Below, in pieces: positions 63,552 to 64,000 of a stretch of 64,000 bases of DNA. The notes below the pieces were generated by a model. That model was given only the letters and a program-made list of their open reading frames with translations. It was not told the origin of the DNA and made no database searches. The DNA is from Lama guanicoe (lineage: Eukaryota), in contig MU056000.1 in assembly GCA_013239625.1 (NCBI GenBank), positions 13,467,175 to 13,531,174 on the forward strand, written 5' to 3'. Position 1 is the stretch's first letter, and the number at the start of each line of letters is the position of its first letter. The position numbers and the translations under genes are program-made.

Positions 63552-64000
63552 CTTTTCTTTTTATTGAATTATAGTTGATTTACAATGTTGTGTTAATTCC
63601 TGATGTACAGCCTAGTGATTCATCTATGCATATATATATACATATATATATACATTCTTTCTGATATTCTTTTTCATTATAGTTTATTACAAGATATTGA
63701 ATATATTTCCCTCTGCTATGCAGAAGGACCTTGTTGTTTGCATATTTTATATATAATAGTGTGTATCTGCAATTCCTCAACCCCCAATTTATCCCTCCCA
63801 ACCCCCTTTCCTCCCTGGTAGCCATTTTGTTTTCCATGTCTGTGAATCTGTTTCTGTTTTGTAAATAAGTTCATTTGTGTCATTTTTTTTAGATTCCACA
63901 TATAAGTGATATCTTATGATATTTTTCTTTCTCTTTCTGGCTTACTTCAGTTAGAATGACAATCTCCAGGTCCATCCATGTTGCTGAAAATGGCATTATT
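63552..64000 (-). mobile_element. Young LINE-1 3' end, continues past window end
   Basis: ttttttattgaattatagttgatttacaatgttgtgttaatt..ttagattccacatataagtgat..tccatccatgttgctg. Confidence 0.93.

Overview
AT-rich, CpG-poor mammalian genomic DNA, intergenic or deep intronic, made mostly of transposable-element remnants. I could not confidently identify a protein-coding gene, RNA gene or CRISPR array. The ORF-track entries I could place are L1/ERV remnants; the rest look like chance ORFs. The host is probably a cetartiodactyl, possibly a camelid. This is inferred from the type of young L1 3' ends and from not seeing Alu, B1/B2, Bov-A/tA, PRE-1, CHR or SINEC elements. Best-supported structures: (1) a ~4.8-kb class I (ERV1) provirus at 49141-53926 with two LTRs, a 4-bp TSD (CTTT), an Ile-like PBS, degenerate gag-pro-pol, an RNase H-to-integrase deletion and no recognisable env; (2) a solo LTR of the same family at 3084-3405; (3) a young betaretrovirus-like solo LTR at 43615-44243 with a 6-bp TSD and a duplicated U5 end; (4) a nested class III (ERV-L-like) cluster at ~38130-43085; (5) a complete MLT1 MaLR element at ~15243-17520 inside an old L1; (6) many L1, L2, MIR, MLT, MER and Tigger fragments plus microsatellites. 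A few exon-like segments in apparently unique sequence are flagged at low confidence. I found no convincing previously undescribed biological system. Subfamily names come from remembered consensus sequences, and boundaries of old repeats are approximate.
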